DNA of 64,000 nt from Flectonema sp. DT1601 (GCA_964019425.1 OZ025784.1:124001-188000); one strand, 5' to 3'; counted from the stretch's first letter, positions 23,881 through 36,173 are shown. The notes: a model not told the origin generated them from the sequence alone. A program made the numbers and translations.

Positions 23881-23924
23881 TACTTACGAAGTACTGAAGA
23901 GAAAGAAAAATTGATATCAACAAG

Positions 23925-24041
23925 AGAAAACCATTCAGATAAGCAGCATTATTGATTTTGTTGATTCGCAGCGCACACGGAAATAGATAACACGAAACGG
24001 CTCTTTAATCTGAATAGTTTCTTCTCCGACTTCGTCGGTGC
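23925..24041 (-). ncRNA. Candidate structured RNA, copy A (family unknown)
   Basis: 5' hairpin CCGAC-GAA-GTCGG, then a long stem AAACTATTCAGAT / ATCTGAATGGTTT. Homologous to 25086-25217. Confidence 0.55.
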
Positions 24042-25085
24042 AAAAAAACAAATCAAATCAATGAACCCCTTTTTGAAATCTATATTAGACAACACCAGCC
24101 ACACTCGATAGCTTCATCTCTGTAGACTTGAATTGAAGTTTCTTCTGTTTTTAAGAAAAATACACATAATTTTTTTTAAAAAAAAAAAAATACCAATTCA
24201 TTCATCGACATATAATATCTCACAAAAGAAATATAAATAAGAAAAAAGAATGAGGAAGAAGTGTAAATTGCAGGAGGGAAAAGTTTTTTTTTTCTTCTTT
24301 GATTCTTTCTTTTTGACATTTTTTTTTCAAAGAGTTTTTTAAAAAAAAAAAAAAAAAAGAAGATTAGTGGACACTAATATGATTAATGAGGGTTTTTTTT
24401 TTTTGAAAATCCTTTTTATTAGTTCTTTCCATGAGTAAAAAAAATGAATAAACAGAACACCAGAGAGTATCTGGGTCAATCTCTCTCTGATTTAGGGAAA
24501 AAATACCTAAAGAAGAGTGTAAGCAAATTAAAAATCAAAAGTATCATCATTTTGTAAACATTATTTATTTTATTTTTTTTTAAAAATAAGAAATGAACCA
24601 AACACACATCTGAAAAAAAAAAAAAATGCAACAAGAGATTTCTCTGTGTTACAGAACACCCTACAGACTTCTTCCTTGTAAAAGAAAGGCTTCGAAAGCT
24701 CTCTTCAAATAATAGTTACGAGTAAATCAAACTATAAGTGACCTTGAAGAACCATAAGATCAAAAAAAAAAGAAAAACTTATTTTAGTAATTAATGTAAT
24801 GAAAAACAACTACCCACGGATTGAAGTGAGTAGTTTGACTGAGAGGTGATTCATACAACGTTTATTAAATACATAAGTTGGTTTGTTCTGTTTTTGGTTT
24901 TTTTTGCACAGACTTTTAAAAAAAAAAAAAAAAAAAACATAACACATTTTTAAGACTATTAGAGGAAGAAGGAAAAATAAATGTATTTTAAAGCGAATTA
25001 ACGAAAGGAACGGAATTTTTAAAAAAAAAAAAGGGGGTTATGGCCCAAAATGCACCAAACCTGTGGGACCTGGGGCTCCGGCCAA

Positions 25086-25217
25086 AAGAAACCATTCAGA
25101 TTAGCCTTATATTTCGTTGAACGCAGACAAAATCCTGTCGCACCGGGAAAATAAATCATGACCATAAGAAATATCGGCTTTCAATCTGAATAGTTTCTTC
25201 TCCGACTACGTCGGTAC
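25086..25217 (-). ncRNA. Candidate structured RNA, copy B (family unknown)
   Basis: 5' hairpin CCGAC-GTA-GTCGG. Stem AAGAAACTATTCAGATT..AGCC..TATTTC / GAAATA..GGCT-AATCTGAATGGTTTCTT. Confidence 0.55.
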
Positions 25218-25238
25218 AAAAAAAAAAAAAAAAAATCA

Positions 25239-26255
25239 TCAGGCAATAGCATAGAAATTAGTGTCAGCCAACGTTGTGTTTAGTGTCTTCACTCTGGGGG
25301 GTGCAGCAGCAGAAATCGGTTTCCCAGCAGCGGGTATTATATTATTTTCACTACCAACGACCATAGGATCAATTCCCATGAAGACTAGTTGCTTATCGAG
25401 AGCATCAAGCATCCTTTTTTGATAATTTTCAACTTGAGTAAGCATCGTATTGTATCCTTTCATGGACTCCCGTCTGCTATTCAAATCAAACTGCTGCTCT
25501 CCAAGCAGAGCCGCATAATCAATCTTACCAGTAACACGTGTGCTGGATGTATCACGTTGGCGAAGACTGTTTCTTGAAAGTGGGCCGTTTAAATTTCTGA
25601 ACGAAGAGCATTTGCGTGCGAATGATCCTTCGCTTGATAGACAGCCAAGAGGTTGGTTTCGCTCTCCAGAAAGCATGCTTGGTGTCAGAGATCCAACAAC
25701 ACGAAAACCATCAGCTAAGCTGCTTGTTCTCGATGAGGGTCTTTTATTTATCAAAGCTGACGAATATCTTCGTGTGATCGACGTCCTCTTTCCAGTACTG
25801 GGACGTGGTGGCATTGGATGCAGTGATTTGACTACAAACGGATCAAAATCACCATCATCGGTACTCACTTCTGACATTGGTGAATCTGGAACCCCTCCTA
25901 CCAAAGACAATAACGCTTCATCTTCTTCGAAAGTCTCAGAAACAGGTTCTTTCACGATGACTTTATTAGTCAATTCACTGAACCACGAACTGCTTTCTTT
26001 TCTACCAACGATACTGTCCGCTCGTTGCATTGCATTTACTTGATTTAGCTCTCGGATATCTCTTTCGAAGTAGTCCAGAGCTCTCTCATCTTTTCCAATC
26101 TCTTCAGTTGAGTTTAACATTTTAACTAACTCTTCACTAGTTTGCTCCATCTCTCTCACAGCTTCTCTCTGATCACTCTCTCCTTCAAGAGTGTAGTCGC
26201 TGTTGTTCTTTTTGGCTGAGTGATAATTCCCTCTTTGAAAACCTCGTTTTGACAT
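25239..26255 (-). CDS. Hypothetical protein (coiled-coil, Ser/Arg-rich)
   Basis: 338 aa ORF with coding-like composition and an A-tract before the ATG. Confidence 0.75.
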   Translation of the reverse strand: MSKRGFQRGNYHSAKKNNSDYTLEGESDQREAVREMEQTSEELVKMLNSTEEIGKDERALDYFERDIRELNQVNAMQRADSIVGRKESSSWFSELTNKVIVKEPVSETFEEDEALLSLVGGVPDSPMSEVSTDDGDFDPFVVKSLHPMPPRPSTGKRTSITRRYSSALINKRPSSRTSSLADGFRVVGSLTPSMLSGERNQPLGCLSSEGSFARKCSSFRNLNGPLSRNSLRQRDTSSTRVTGKIDYAALLGEQQFDLNSRRESMKGYNTMLTQVENYQKRMLDALDKQLVFMGIDPMVVGSENNIIPAAGKPISAAAPPRVKTLNTTLADTNFYAIA

Positions 26256-27491
26256 GTTTTTTTTTTATAAAAACTTTTAAAGAATGGAAAACACTTAAAA
26301 AATATGATATTAACGTAAACGCTGAACAACACAACTTCGGAGGGTTTAAAATATTCGGTTCACGAACCAGATTTCGTATTTCTGTGGAAAGAGAGAAGTA
26401 GAATTTTATTTTAAAACACTTAAAATACAAACAAATATCAACGATATCGTATCATAGATACGATTTTTGTCGACGTAGTTTCCCTTATCGTGAAAAACAC
26501 GTTCAAAGAAAGAAAAGAAAAAAATCCGATCGGATTAAAAAAAAAAAAAAATGTTAAACTCACTAACATTGATAAATCAAACAAAACAAAATAGTTAAGA
26601 AACCAGAATGTTCTACTTTTTTTGTATGACAGTTTTTTTTTTTTTTTTTTTTCTGTTATACAATAGGATTGAATAATTATATTTTAAAAAAAAAATAATC
26701 AATTTTTTTGGTGATCTACTGAAAAATAAAAAAAAAATAAAAAAATAAATCGAAATACTTCACAAAAAGAAGAGAAGCAAATCAAGGATTAAAATAAAAT
26801 AAAAATAAACAGCAACCCGAGCCCGGAATTAGAGCACGAGAGCGTTTACCCCCCTCGTACCGTTTCAGGGCACAAAAGCTGGAAAAAGGGTTTTTTAAAA
26901 AAAAAATTTAAAAAAAAAGAAAACATAAAAAAAAAAATGAATGATCGCCAAGTACCTGGCGACGTGAAGGGGCTTGTGCTGTTGCACCCGCATAAACATA
27001 ACAAAAAAAAAATAAAAATAGTAAGGAAATATTGCTCCTGTGCCCAACTGGAAGAAGTCGCACGTCGTCCATCATATGTAAATGCAACGCCATTGGAGTG
27101 ACCAAGGTTCATCTTAATGGGTGCTCACCAAGAAGTGAGTGACAAGTGAATAAAGACGGAGAGAGAGAAGAAAAAAAAAACCAATCCTCAGCCAGGAAGT
27201 AACTTTGAAGCCTTTGATCACCTGATGCTATCACACCGGTAGAGGGTGGATAACTTATTTAAAAGGGAGAAGAAAGAGAAAAAAAATAGAACCAAAATAA
27301 TAAGAGGAAAAAAACTCAACTCTCAGGTTGTTTGGCATAACAAGCTAAAACAAACAAAAAATTCTGAAAGCTGAAAGAAAGAAGGATTAAAAATAAAAAA
27401 TGATCAAAAAAAAAAAAGAAAAGACTAAACAGCCAGTCACCGTATACTTTTACAGGTGAAGGACTTTTTCTTTTTTTTCTTTTCTCTAAAT

Positions 27492-29220
27492 TTAAATAAT
27501 TCCAAGCCTCTCATCTTCAACCATGGCGTCTTCCTCAGCATCAGTCAAACCACGTTCTTCTTCTACTGGTTCTCTGTTGTCGGTTTCGTCATCGTCGTCA
27601 GTTGTGTCGTCTTCTGAAGAAGAATTCGAATCAGAGCAAGTTGTTGCTTCTATTTGAGCTTCCTTTTCCATCTCAGATAACTCATCGATGTCAATTACTT
27701 CTTCTAGAGCTGCTTCACTCTTCATTCTTCTGTTTTCTGCTTCTTCTTCTGCCATTCTTCTTCTCTCTCTCGGGTCTGGTATTCTTTCAAGTCGCTTTGC
27801 CGCTCTGTCATGACCCTGTGTATTGTTTTTTTTTACGGAAGTTTTTTTTTTTTTTTTTTTTTTTTTTTCCCTTCATAATATCGGCATACCTGAGCAATGG
27901 CTTTGGCATATAATTCTCTGGCGTGGTCCACATCGCTTTCAATTCCGGGAGGACCTGTTTTTTTTGGTTGTTGTTGTTGTAGACTTGAATAAGGGGAAAA
28001 TATTAGTTTTGATTGTAAATCAATAGCATACCAGTGAGGTACATCTCTGCCAACTGAAATTGAGCTTCAGCATTGTTAGTTTTTGTGACGAGCGTGTGTA
28101 GTGATTGCTGAGAATTCTTGTGTCCTCGAAGTGATCCCTGTCCCCAATAACGAGCAGCTGTTTCATAGTCTTGTTGAACACCTTCATCACCTCGGTAATG
28201 AAACATTCCAAGTAGGTACATTGATTCGGGGATTCCATCTGTGGCTGCAGCAGCATAGAATCGGAGAGCAATTTCTCTGTCTTCTTCCATTTCTTTTTTA
28301 GTACGAGGATCATTATCAAGTTCCAATAAAAGTAAATTAGCATAGTTGTGTTGAGCCTTAGCGTGACCTCCGTAGGCAGCCTCACCCATCCACTTCCTTC
28401 CTAAGACGTCGTCTTGATCGACACCTTCGTCAGTGAGGTACATGAGTCCAAGTTCGTATTGAGCTGTGACCGAGCCTTGTCTGGCACCTTTCTCGTACCA
28501 TTCGTATGCGATGTCGAAGTCTTGTTTAACTCCTTCACCTCTTTTGTACATGAATCCAAGGATGGCCATGGAGTCAGCGTGTTGCATTCTTGCTGCTCTC
28601 ATTAACCATTCTCTAGCACTCTTCTTCATGCGACCTCTTTTGTCTTTCATGCGTAGGGCGAGCCATACAATCGCTCCAGGATGTTGCTTCTCAGCGGCTC
28701 TGTACATGTAGCGTTGAGCACCTCTGATGTCTTTGTCGATGGCTATCATTTCAAGACCACCGGCTAGGATCTCACCCATGTTATATAAAGCTGTTGGATC
28801 TCCCTTTTCTGATGCAGAGCTCATGTAGTTGTATCCTCGTTGAACATCTTGTTCTACACTACCTCCGTGGAGGTAGAGCGTTCCCAGATTGGCTTCAGAT
28901 CCCGCGTCACCTTTTTCACTTGCTTGCTTCCACCACTTAACTGCTTCAGAGCTGTTTTTCTCATGGAGAAAATTTCCTAGAAGTCTTAAGCCGTCAATTC
29001 CGCCCATCTCTGCAGCCCTTCGTAGTGTTCTTTCAGCTTTCTTAACTCTTCTTGCTCCCTTCAGACATTCAGCGGCTTTCAACAATTCACCCTCAGTAGC
29101 ATCTGGCTTGACAGCTGCTACTTCAAGCTCTTCACACTTGAATGACTCTGGTGGGGGTTCTTCTGGGTATGCACAGCTGCAGAGTGTAGCACACAAGGCA
29201 ACACTAATTAAAGATCTCAT
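27492..29220 (-). CDS. SEL1-like repeat protein with signal peptide and acidic tail, introns 27955-28031 and 27816-27889
   Basis: Repeated A..LG.MY..G.GV.QD...A..WY motifs. Removing two GTATG...ACAG introns joins the 405-aa ORF in frame to the MAEEEAENRR ORF. Confidence 0.9.
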
Positions 29221-29705
29221 TATTTAATCACCTGGGGGGAAGATTAATATTTATTAAATGAAAAAGTAAAAGGGAGGGGGAATTTGTGATTTACCATTTC
29301 TTACTTATCCTTTAATGCTATCTGTGATTTGAATAGAAATAAATAAGACAAAGCAGTCAACTCCAACATGATAACAAATAAATACACCTGGTCGAAACCA
29401 AATATATGACAGCTCGGTTTGCCGACTGCGGTGAGTAACACTAGAACATAAGAAGAATAGGAAGGGTTCCCTAACCTTATGCAAACCGGCTGTAAGCTAT
29501 TCGTGGTTGTGAGACACTACATAACTACTTTTTTTAAGAATCTAATTACCACGGTAATCGTTAAGTCTTAATTTATTACAATTTTTTTTTTTTTAATAAT
29601 TTTTTTTTTTTTTTTTTTTCTGTCCTCCAGCACGTATACCCCTGAAGGCAGGAACACTCCTAATCACGAACAGTAACAGAAATAGATTTTTTTTTAAATT
29701 AGGGT

Positions 29706-30790
29706 TTAGAATTTGTACACGTCTTCTTCGGAATAACCCATCTCTTTTAACATTCCTCCCAGAGGACCCTGAGCTCCCTTTTCACCCTTTGGTCCGCATA
29801 CTGCGTCCATCATTGCTGGAGGTCCGCATACCATCACTTTGCCAAAACCCGGTGCCGGCATCCTTGCTTTGATCATTTGTTTATTGATGTAACCTACTCC
29901 ACCTTTCCACGAGTCATGCGCCTCAAGGACTGTATAGTATGCACTTGCTCTTAAACTGGTAGTTGTTAAGAAATCAATGTGCTGTTTTTTTTTTTGTTTT
30001 TTTTTTTAAATTCTGTGTTGCTATAAAACAAGTAGAGATTTTACATACGTCCTTCATTACGATATTGTCGCTGGTGTTGTTAGCGAAGAGTAGACTGGCA
30101 TTCGTCTTGCAGCTTGGCCATTTACAGCAATACATCATTACCTGTTATGTTTTGTTTGTTTAAAAAACTATTGTGACTACCAATGACTGAACACACACAT
30201 ACCTGATACATTGGAGTGATTCCTGACCCACCAGCAATGCAACCGATGGTGGCGTGGCTGTTCGGTTTTAGTTCGTATTTCTCAAAAGGTCCTTTGATTT
30301 CAATATGTTCACCGATTTTTAAATTATGACAATGACTACCCATTTTAGAGTTTGGATACTTTTTTACCATGATATCAACTTTTCCTGTTTCCCAATCCAT
30401 GTTGACAGGTGTGTAAGGACGGACGATGTATTTTCCTTCGGAATTTTTAAATCGGAGAAGAACGAACCCACATGTCTTAATCCCCATACGTGAGTGTGCA
30501 CTTGGCAACTGAAATCTGAGAACCTGAGCATCAGGTCCGATTGTCAGCCTTGACTCAAGCGGGAATTGCCTCCACTGATCTTTATTTAATGCAATTTCTT
30601 GGGATGGCTTCTCCCAATGAAAATCATAAACAGGTTGATCACGTTCATATCTATCAGATCTTCCTTGCAATGGTAATTGAGCAATTCTGCTGGGTTTCTC
30701 ATCTCCGAAGACAATGTCTCCAGCCTTGTTTCCAGCAAACACCGCAGCCGCTCCTCCAACGACGGTTGTTAATCCTCTCTTCCACGACAT
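29706..30790 (-). CDS. NADH-cytochrome b5 reductase family, introns 30142-30202 and 29982-30048
   Basis: RPYTP and IAGGSGITPMYQ. Spliced exons add LLFANNT, MVCGPPAMM and QGPLGGMLKEMGYSEEDVYKF*. Confidence 0.93.
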
Positions 30791-32297
30791 TTTGTTTTTT
30801 ATTATCCTTTACGAAAATAATTAATAATACTAATTGTGTTTCATATTTTATGAATATCATCGAAAAGATTAAAAACAATCATTTCTTCTGGTTCATCTGT
30901 ATAAGTAAAATACAATATAATCAGTACTACAAACATCTAAATAAATTTCGATTTTTTTTTTTTTTTTTTTTTTCACCGACAAAAATCGACACAAAAATAT
31001 ATATATTTAACAAGGTCACCCTCTACAGTAGACGATAGTGTTTGGACTGCAGGGTCGTATATAAAAAAGTAAGGGACAGGAGGGAAGGAAAGGGAGAGAC
31101 CCCAGTCTATTTTACTCATCCTATCTCATCATTTTTGTTGGGAATTTTATTTATTCCTTCTTTTTTTTTTTTTTTGCTTTTTTTTTTTTTTTTTACAAAA
31201 TTAATTTCGCTAAAAAGTCAGCATTTCTACACAAACATATCCAGAAAAAAAAAAAAAGAAAAAAGGAAAAAAAAAAAATCTTCAGCTTCTCTTTAAACTG
31301 AGATATTTTTTTTTTTATTTTTTTTTTTATTTTTTTATTTTTTGCTCTTATTTTAGGCATATAGGGTATTGGGATTTAATTCAACCTATACTTTCCCTCT
31401 AACAGAAATGGGAGGGGGAAAAAGAGGGAAGGAAAAAAAAAAAAAAAAAAAGAAACGATTTTTTTTTTTTTTCTTCCTTTAGGGGTGTAATATTGTGGGA
31501 AAAAGGAAAAACCAAAACGAAACGCAGATATAATGAATAATATATAAAAAAAATAAAAAATAAAAAAAAAAGGTGGGGGAAAATAAAAAGAGATAACCCG
31601 ATACTGTAATTAAGCATAAAACCAATACAGGATTCAGCCGAATCTGGTTGCAATGAAAAAGAGACCAACAGTTGGCTTCGATAAAAACCCCCATATGGGC
31701 TACATGTTCCCGTAGCCGTTACAGCTTAAAACTAGTATTTATTTGAAAGGGTGAATAGAAATATAAAAATAAAAAAAAACGAATAACGACTCAATTCGAC
31801 ATCATTAATAATACAGTAAGTGAAAAATACGAGCAAGTCGCGCACAGCCCATCACAGGGTATCTGCAGTACAGAAAAAAAAAAAAAGAAAAAAAAAAGGT
31901 ATCCTGGGGTGCAATAAAAATATTTCTGTCTCAGTTCAAATTTCAATCTAAAAAATGAATACAAAAAAAAAAAAAAAAAAAACGACAAAATTTCGAAATA
32001 ACTAAGTTAGATTTATTATTTAAACGTGTTAGTTCCAAGGCCTTAATCTTATACTACTCGTTCCACCTTAGGCCTTTCATCACTAATTTAGCTATTGGCA
32101 ACAGATTGTGTGTTTTTTTTTTTTTTTTTTTTTTTTTTTCCCTTTAAATGTACAACCATTCTCATTAAGGAAACAACCCCCGTTTTTTTTTGTTTTTTTG
32201 TTTTTTTTGAGTATATTTATAAAGACAATGACTACCACGTATCAAAAAAGTGAAACACTATTTCAAACAATAAATAATTTATAATCGCATTGACTAA

Positions 32298-32886
32298 ACG
32301 AAATGTTTGTATTGGGAAGGGGGAGTTAACTGTTTGATTTCTTGTACGTAAAAATACAAAATGTATTGTATCATAAAACAACATAACGACAATTAACATT
32401 AGTTTTAGATACAGTGACTAGGTGTGATGCGTAACTTAGCCTTTTAAAGTAACCATTTAGGTTTCGAGAGTAATCCATATACGAAATGCTTGTATAGGGA
32501 AGGGGGAGTTAACTGTTCGATTTTTTTGTACGTAAAAATACAAAAAAGTGTATTTTTAACATTAATTCCAAACACAGTTGACTAAAAGCTAATGTTAGTG
32601 TAGGCATAACACTGGTACATAATGTAATACGGCAGAGTGTAGGTTTCACCTACAAATTACTTGCTTAAATCAACAAAAAACAGTTCGTTCTTCGAATAGG
32701 GGAGATGTATGTTTCAATTTTGTAAAAATTACAACTGTGTTGTATCATAAAAAAACATAAAAGATAATTTAACATTAGTTTTAGATACAGTGACTAAGGG
32801 TGATGCGCAACTTAGCATAATAAAGTAACTATTTAGGGTTTCGAGAGTAATCCATATACCTCTTTACCTCTATTCTCTCATCATCA
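32298..32886. repeat. Three degenerate tandem copies of a ~185-bp repeat
   Basis: cgaaatg.ttgtat.gggaagggggagttaactgtt...aacattagttttagatacagtgacta...gtttcgagagtaatccatatac recurs. Confidence 0.82.
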
Positions 32887-34268
32887 AGAAGTCAGTCAGG
32901 TCATTCCAGTTTGCAGGACTGGAATGTAGTTACTTTTAGTTTTATGTTCATAATAAAAAAAACTTTGAATACGGGGTATGAAATATAATCTAACATTGTG
33001 AGAAATGTTTTCTTTTTTTTTTCCCTTATGGTTTGTAGAGCCTAAGTCTATTTTTTTTTATATTTTTTTTTAAACAGCGTGAGATTTGAAAAGAAAAAAA
33101 AAGGGGGGGAAAAAATACTGGTTCACCAAGGTAGGCAACGATTTGCTCTACTTTCCCCATTCTGTTATTATTGCGTACGAGATTTACATTATAGTATGCT
33201 TGCTTGTTAGACTTAACAACGTGTAGGGGTTAGTTTTTTTTGGTGTGAAAAAAAAAAAAAAAAAAAAAATGAAATTATACACACAGATACTTTTTAAAAT
33301 AAAAGTAATCTATAGTTTTTTTTTTTTTTTTTCATGGGCGACTACAAACCACGATTAAACTACTGCGTCTTTTTTTTTTATTGTCAGGGAAATCAATTTT
33401 TTTTTTTTTTTTTTTTGTCATTGACTGAGTTCTACTACTTTCGATTACCTTGAATGAAGAAAAACAAAAAATAAAAAAATAAAATAAAAAAAACAGAACA
33501 AAAGTAAGAGAAACATATATAGTAAGTCGGGGGACATGACCACCGAGTAACGAAGATCACTCGCTCGCTTGCGATCGCAAATATGACATAGGCTAAAACG
33601 GTGAGATTTAATTCCGTTTTTTTTTTTTTTTTTGTGTCTGCAACTTTTTTTTTTTTTTTTTTTTTTTTTTCTTTCCCAAAAAACATCCCATAATAGGAAG
33701 CAACAAATGACTGTCGCGAACACTCAAATAACTGCTTTCCGAGATGCCAGAAAAAGACAATGTCGATATCGACTGCGGTCAGAAGACAGATTCTTCTGTT
33801 TTAAATATTAGAGATGCCTATTAGTTGTATGTAGACAACTCTCATACTCCCAATCCTAATGGCATTTTCTGTTTTTTACCCTTAGGTTCCGAGAGGGCTA
33901 AGAGAACAGTGGTATATCCTTGTACTTCACAGGTCTTCTCTGTGATTGCTAGAGACTGTGGAACCATTGAATCAAGCGGTTTAGAAATAAAATTATCTCC
34001 AGAAACACTGTCAAGCATTCGAGAATCGGTTCGCTGTGTTGGGAGGTTGTTGTTTTTTTATGATCATTTTTTCGTTGAACAGTTTATAATATGAGTTTAT
34101 TATAAAAAAAGTGCACTAAAATAAAATATAACAAAAGAAAAATTATAAAAACAAATTGTTATCTACATAAAACAATCACATACCTGTGGTGATACACACA
34201 AATCTCCAAATAAGTTTTGATATCTTTCTAAGATAGTATGAGGACAGAGGTCAACAGGTTTGATTACT

Positions 34269-36173
34269 TCACCTGAAGCCTGCAGGTCTCGAACTTGTTC
34301 CGACATCTGTTTTATTTTTTTCGACGAAAATTTCTTTGATAAATAGCACTAAAGGAACAGTAAAGCTACACACCTGCATTTGATATGGACATCCTCGAGG
34401 TTTTCGACGAGTCAAACCGAGAGGTCCGAGTTCACCCGAGCAGATCATCCCAGCTGTTGGTCCTGATAATGCGGTTTTAACTGAGCTAGAGTTTGTTGAG
34501 TCTACCAAGGAGAGTTCTCTTGATGCACAACATCTGAACTGAAGAATACCATGAGCTGCTTTCGGTTGTAAGTGTGTCGTTAATGAAGAAAGTCTGCTGC
34601 GTAAATCAACTTCAGCGTTGCTATCGTCATGAAGGAAAAATTGACAGAATTGACCGGGTTCAACCACTGTCGATACTAGCATTGAATCGAGATTTATACC
34701 AAATATTTGACAAAGACGAAACTCCGCGTTTTCTCCAGCAGTGTTCGAGATTCCAAATAAAATTGGTTTTTGACCTCGATAACCACCAGCTAAGTGAGCA
34801 GTATCGACTAAAACCTTAGACATACATTCTTCAACTCCACCTTCACGGGTTGCAGAGTGAATTCTGTTTCCATATCCACGTTTTATTTTATATGTTTCTC
34901 CAATTGGACGAGCACCCCTACTGACAGTGCAGTCGGCGTGGAGTTGTTTACCTATACTCATCATTACAACTTCACCATCTCTTTTACTTTTTGGTTTCTT
35001 TGATAAAGTATGAAGTGGTCCTTCACGATTAACAAGACCACCTGTCACTAAACATTGAGGATAGGCCAACTGTAATGACCTGATTAGAGTATTAACACAA
35101 GCCATATCCATCCCCTTACCAAGAACAACAAAAGTTCCCCAATCACCAGATGAAGGTAAACCTACCAATCCTCTACTTAAAAGAGACTCAACAGACTGTT
35201 TTGTTACAAGAGGTGACATAGATAAGGCGATCTGATGGTATGATGATGATAAAATAATATCAGATTCGTGTTCTGTTGTCCGACGAGACCCAGTTAGTAA
35301 TTCAACGAGTTGTTTTTCTTGAAAGAAATAAGACTGAATAGGAATCCTACCGGGTACATGCATCGCAAGTATCGAAACACCTCTCTCAGAAGTTGAATGT
35401 GATGGCGGTACTACAGGCGGTGCAGTCGCTCCGATCAACTGAACATTTTTAGGAAATGATTTTTGCAAAATACGTACAACAGATGAAAGCTCTTTCTTAC
35501 TGTATTCTGGACTAGTAAAAACATAAACTATATTTGGTGGAAGGTACAACCGCACTTGGTTAAGCACATCTTTAAGTGCAGCCGACATCGACGCATGAGC
35601 GCTGTATCCGGATTTCACAAGAGTCTCGCTTTCATGAAGAGATTTGTAACAAAATTGTAAAGTTCTACTGACCCTTGAAATCCTCTTTACTGGTTTCCAA
35701 TGAAGAAATGTTAAGATGTAAGCCCAGAGGTCGGTAGTGAGTCGGTTGCTGTTCGACACTGGTTTTGCTGGTTTTTTCTTCTTAACTTTTTTTCTTGGTG
35801 CTGGGACTGGGGATATACATACAGGTCTCCGTAACAAGACAGAACTAGTTAACGGAACCGGATTAATTAGAATTTGCTTACCCGCTCTAAACACATGAGT
35901 AGAAGTGGCAGTGCTTGCCAACGGTAATTGCAAAGTACTACTGCGTTCACGAGATTTTCTATTCTTTTTTCCCCTTTTCTTATTTAAACCCGTCACAGTT
36001 GCCAACGTCGCAACCGCAAGCGCAGCAATAGCACTACTCTGCTTTACAACGCTTACAGTACTTTTCTTCCATCGGATCACAAATACTGGTTGGCTTTCAT
36101 TCTTGCATTCCTTGTTAGCTGTAGCGTCAGTGTTGTTTTTTTCCTTTGACGTCACGACCAACCCTCTATCCAT
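34269..36173 (-). CDS. F-box plus FIST domain protein (FBXO22-like)
   Basis: F-box-like LTTDLWAYILTFLHWKPVKRISRVSRTL. FIST motifs LIGAT, VTGGL, VSRGARPIG, FRCCASR, GMICSGELGP. Confidence 0.8.
   Translation of the reverse strand: MDRGLVVTSKEKNNTDATANKECKNESQPVFVIRWKKSTVSVVKQSSAIAALAVATLATVTGLNKKRGKKNRKSRERSSTLQLPLASTATSTHVFRAGKQILINPVPLTSSVLLRRPVCISPVPAPRKKVKKKKPAKPVSNSNRLTTDLWAYILTFLHWKPVKRISRVSRTLQFCYKSLHESETLVKSGYSAHASMSAALKDVLNQVRLYLPPNIVYVFTSPEYSKKELSSVVRILQKSFPKNVQLIGATAPPVVPPSHSTSERGVSILAMHVPGRIPIQSYFFQEKQLVELLTGSRRTTEHESDIILSSSYHQIALSMSPLVTKQSVESLLSRGLVGLPSSGDWGTFVVLGKGMDMACVNTLIRSLQLAYPQCLVTGGLVNREGPLHTLSKKPKSKRDGEVVMMSIGKQLHADCTVSRGARPIGETYKIKRGYGNRIHSATREGGVEECMSKVLVDTAHLAGGYRGQKPILFGISNTAGENAEFRLCQIFGINLDSMLVSTVVEPGQFCQFFLHDDSNAEVDLRSRLSSLTTHLQPKAAHGILQFRCCASRELSLVDSTNSSSVKTALSGPTAGMICSGELGPLGLTRRKPRGCPYQMQVCSFTVPLVLFIKEIFVEKNKTDVGTSSRPAGFR

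Noticed and set aside
31895..31920. Minus-strand ATTGCACCCC resembles the U1 snRNA U1A loop
   Set aside because: Weak stem and no ACTTACC 5' end nearby.
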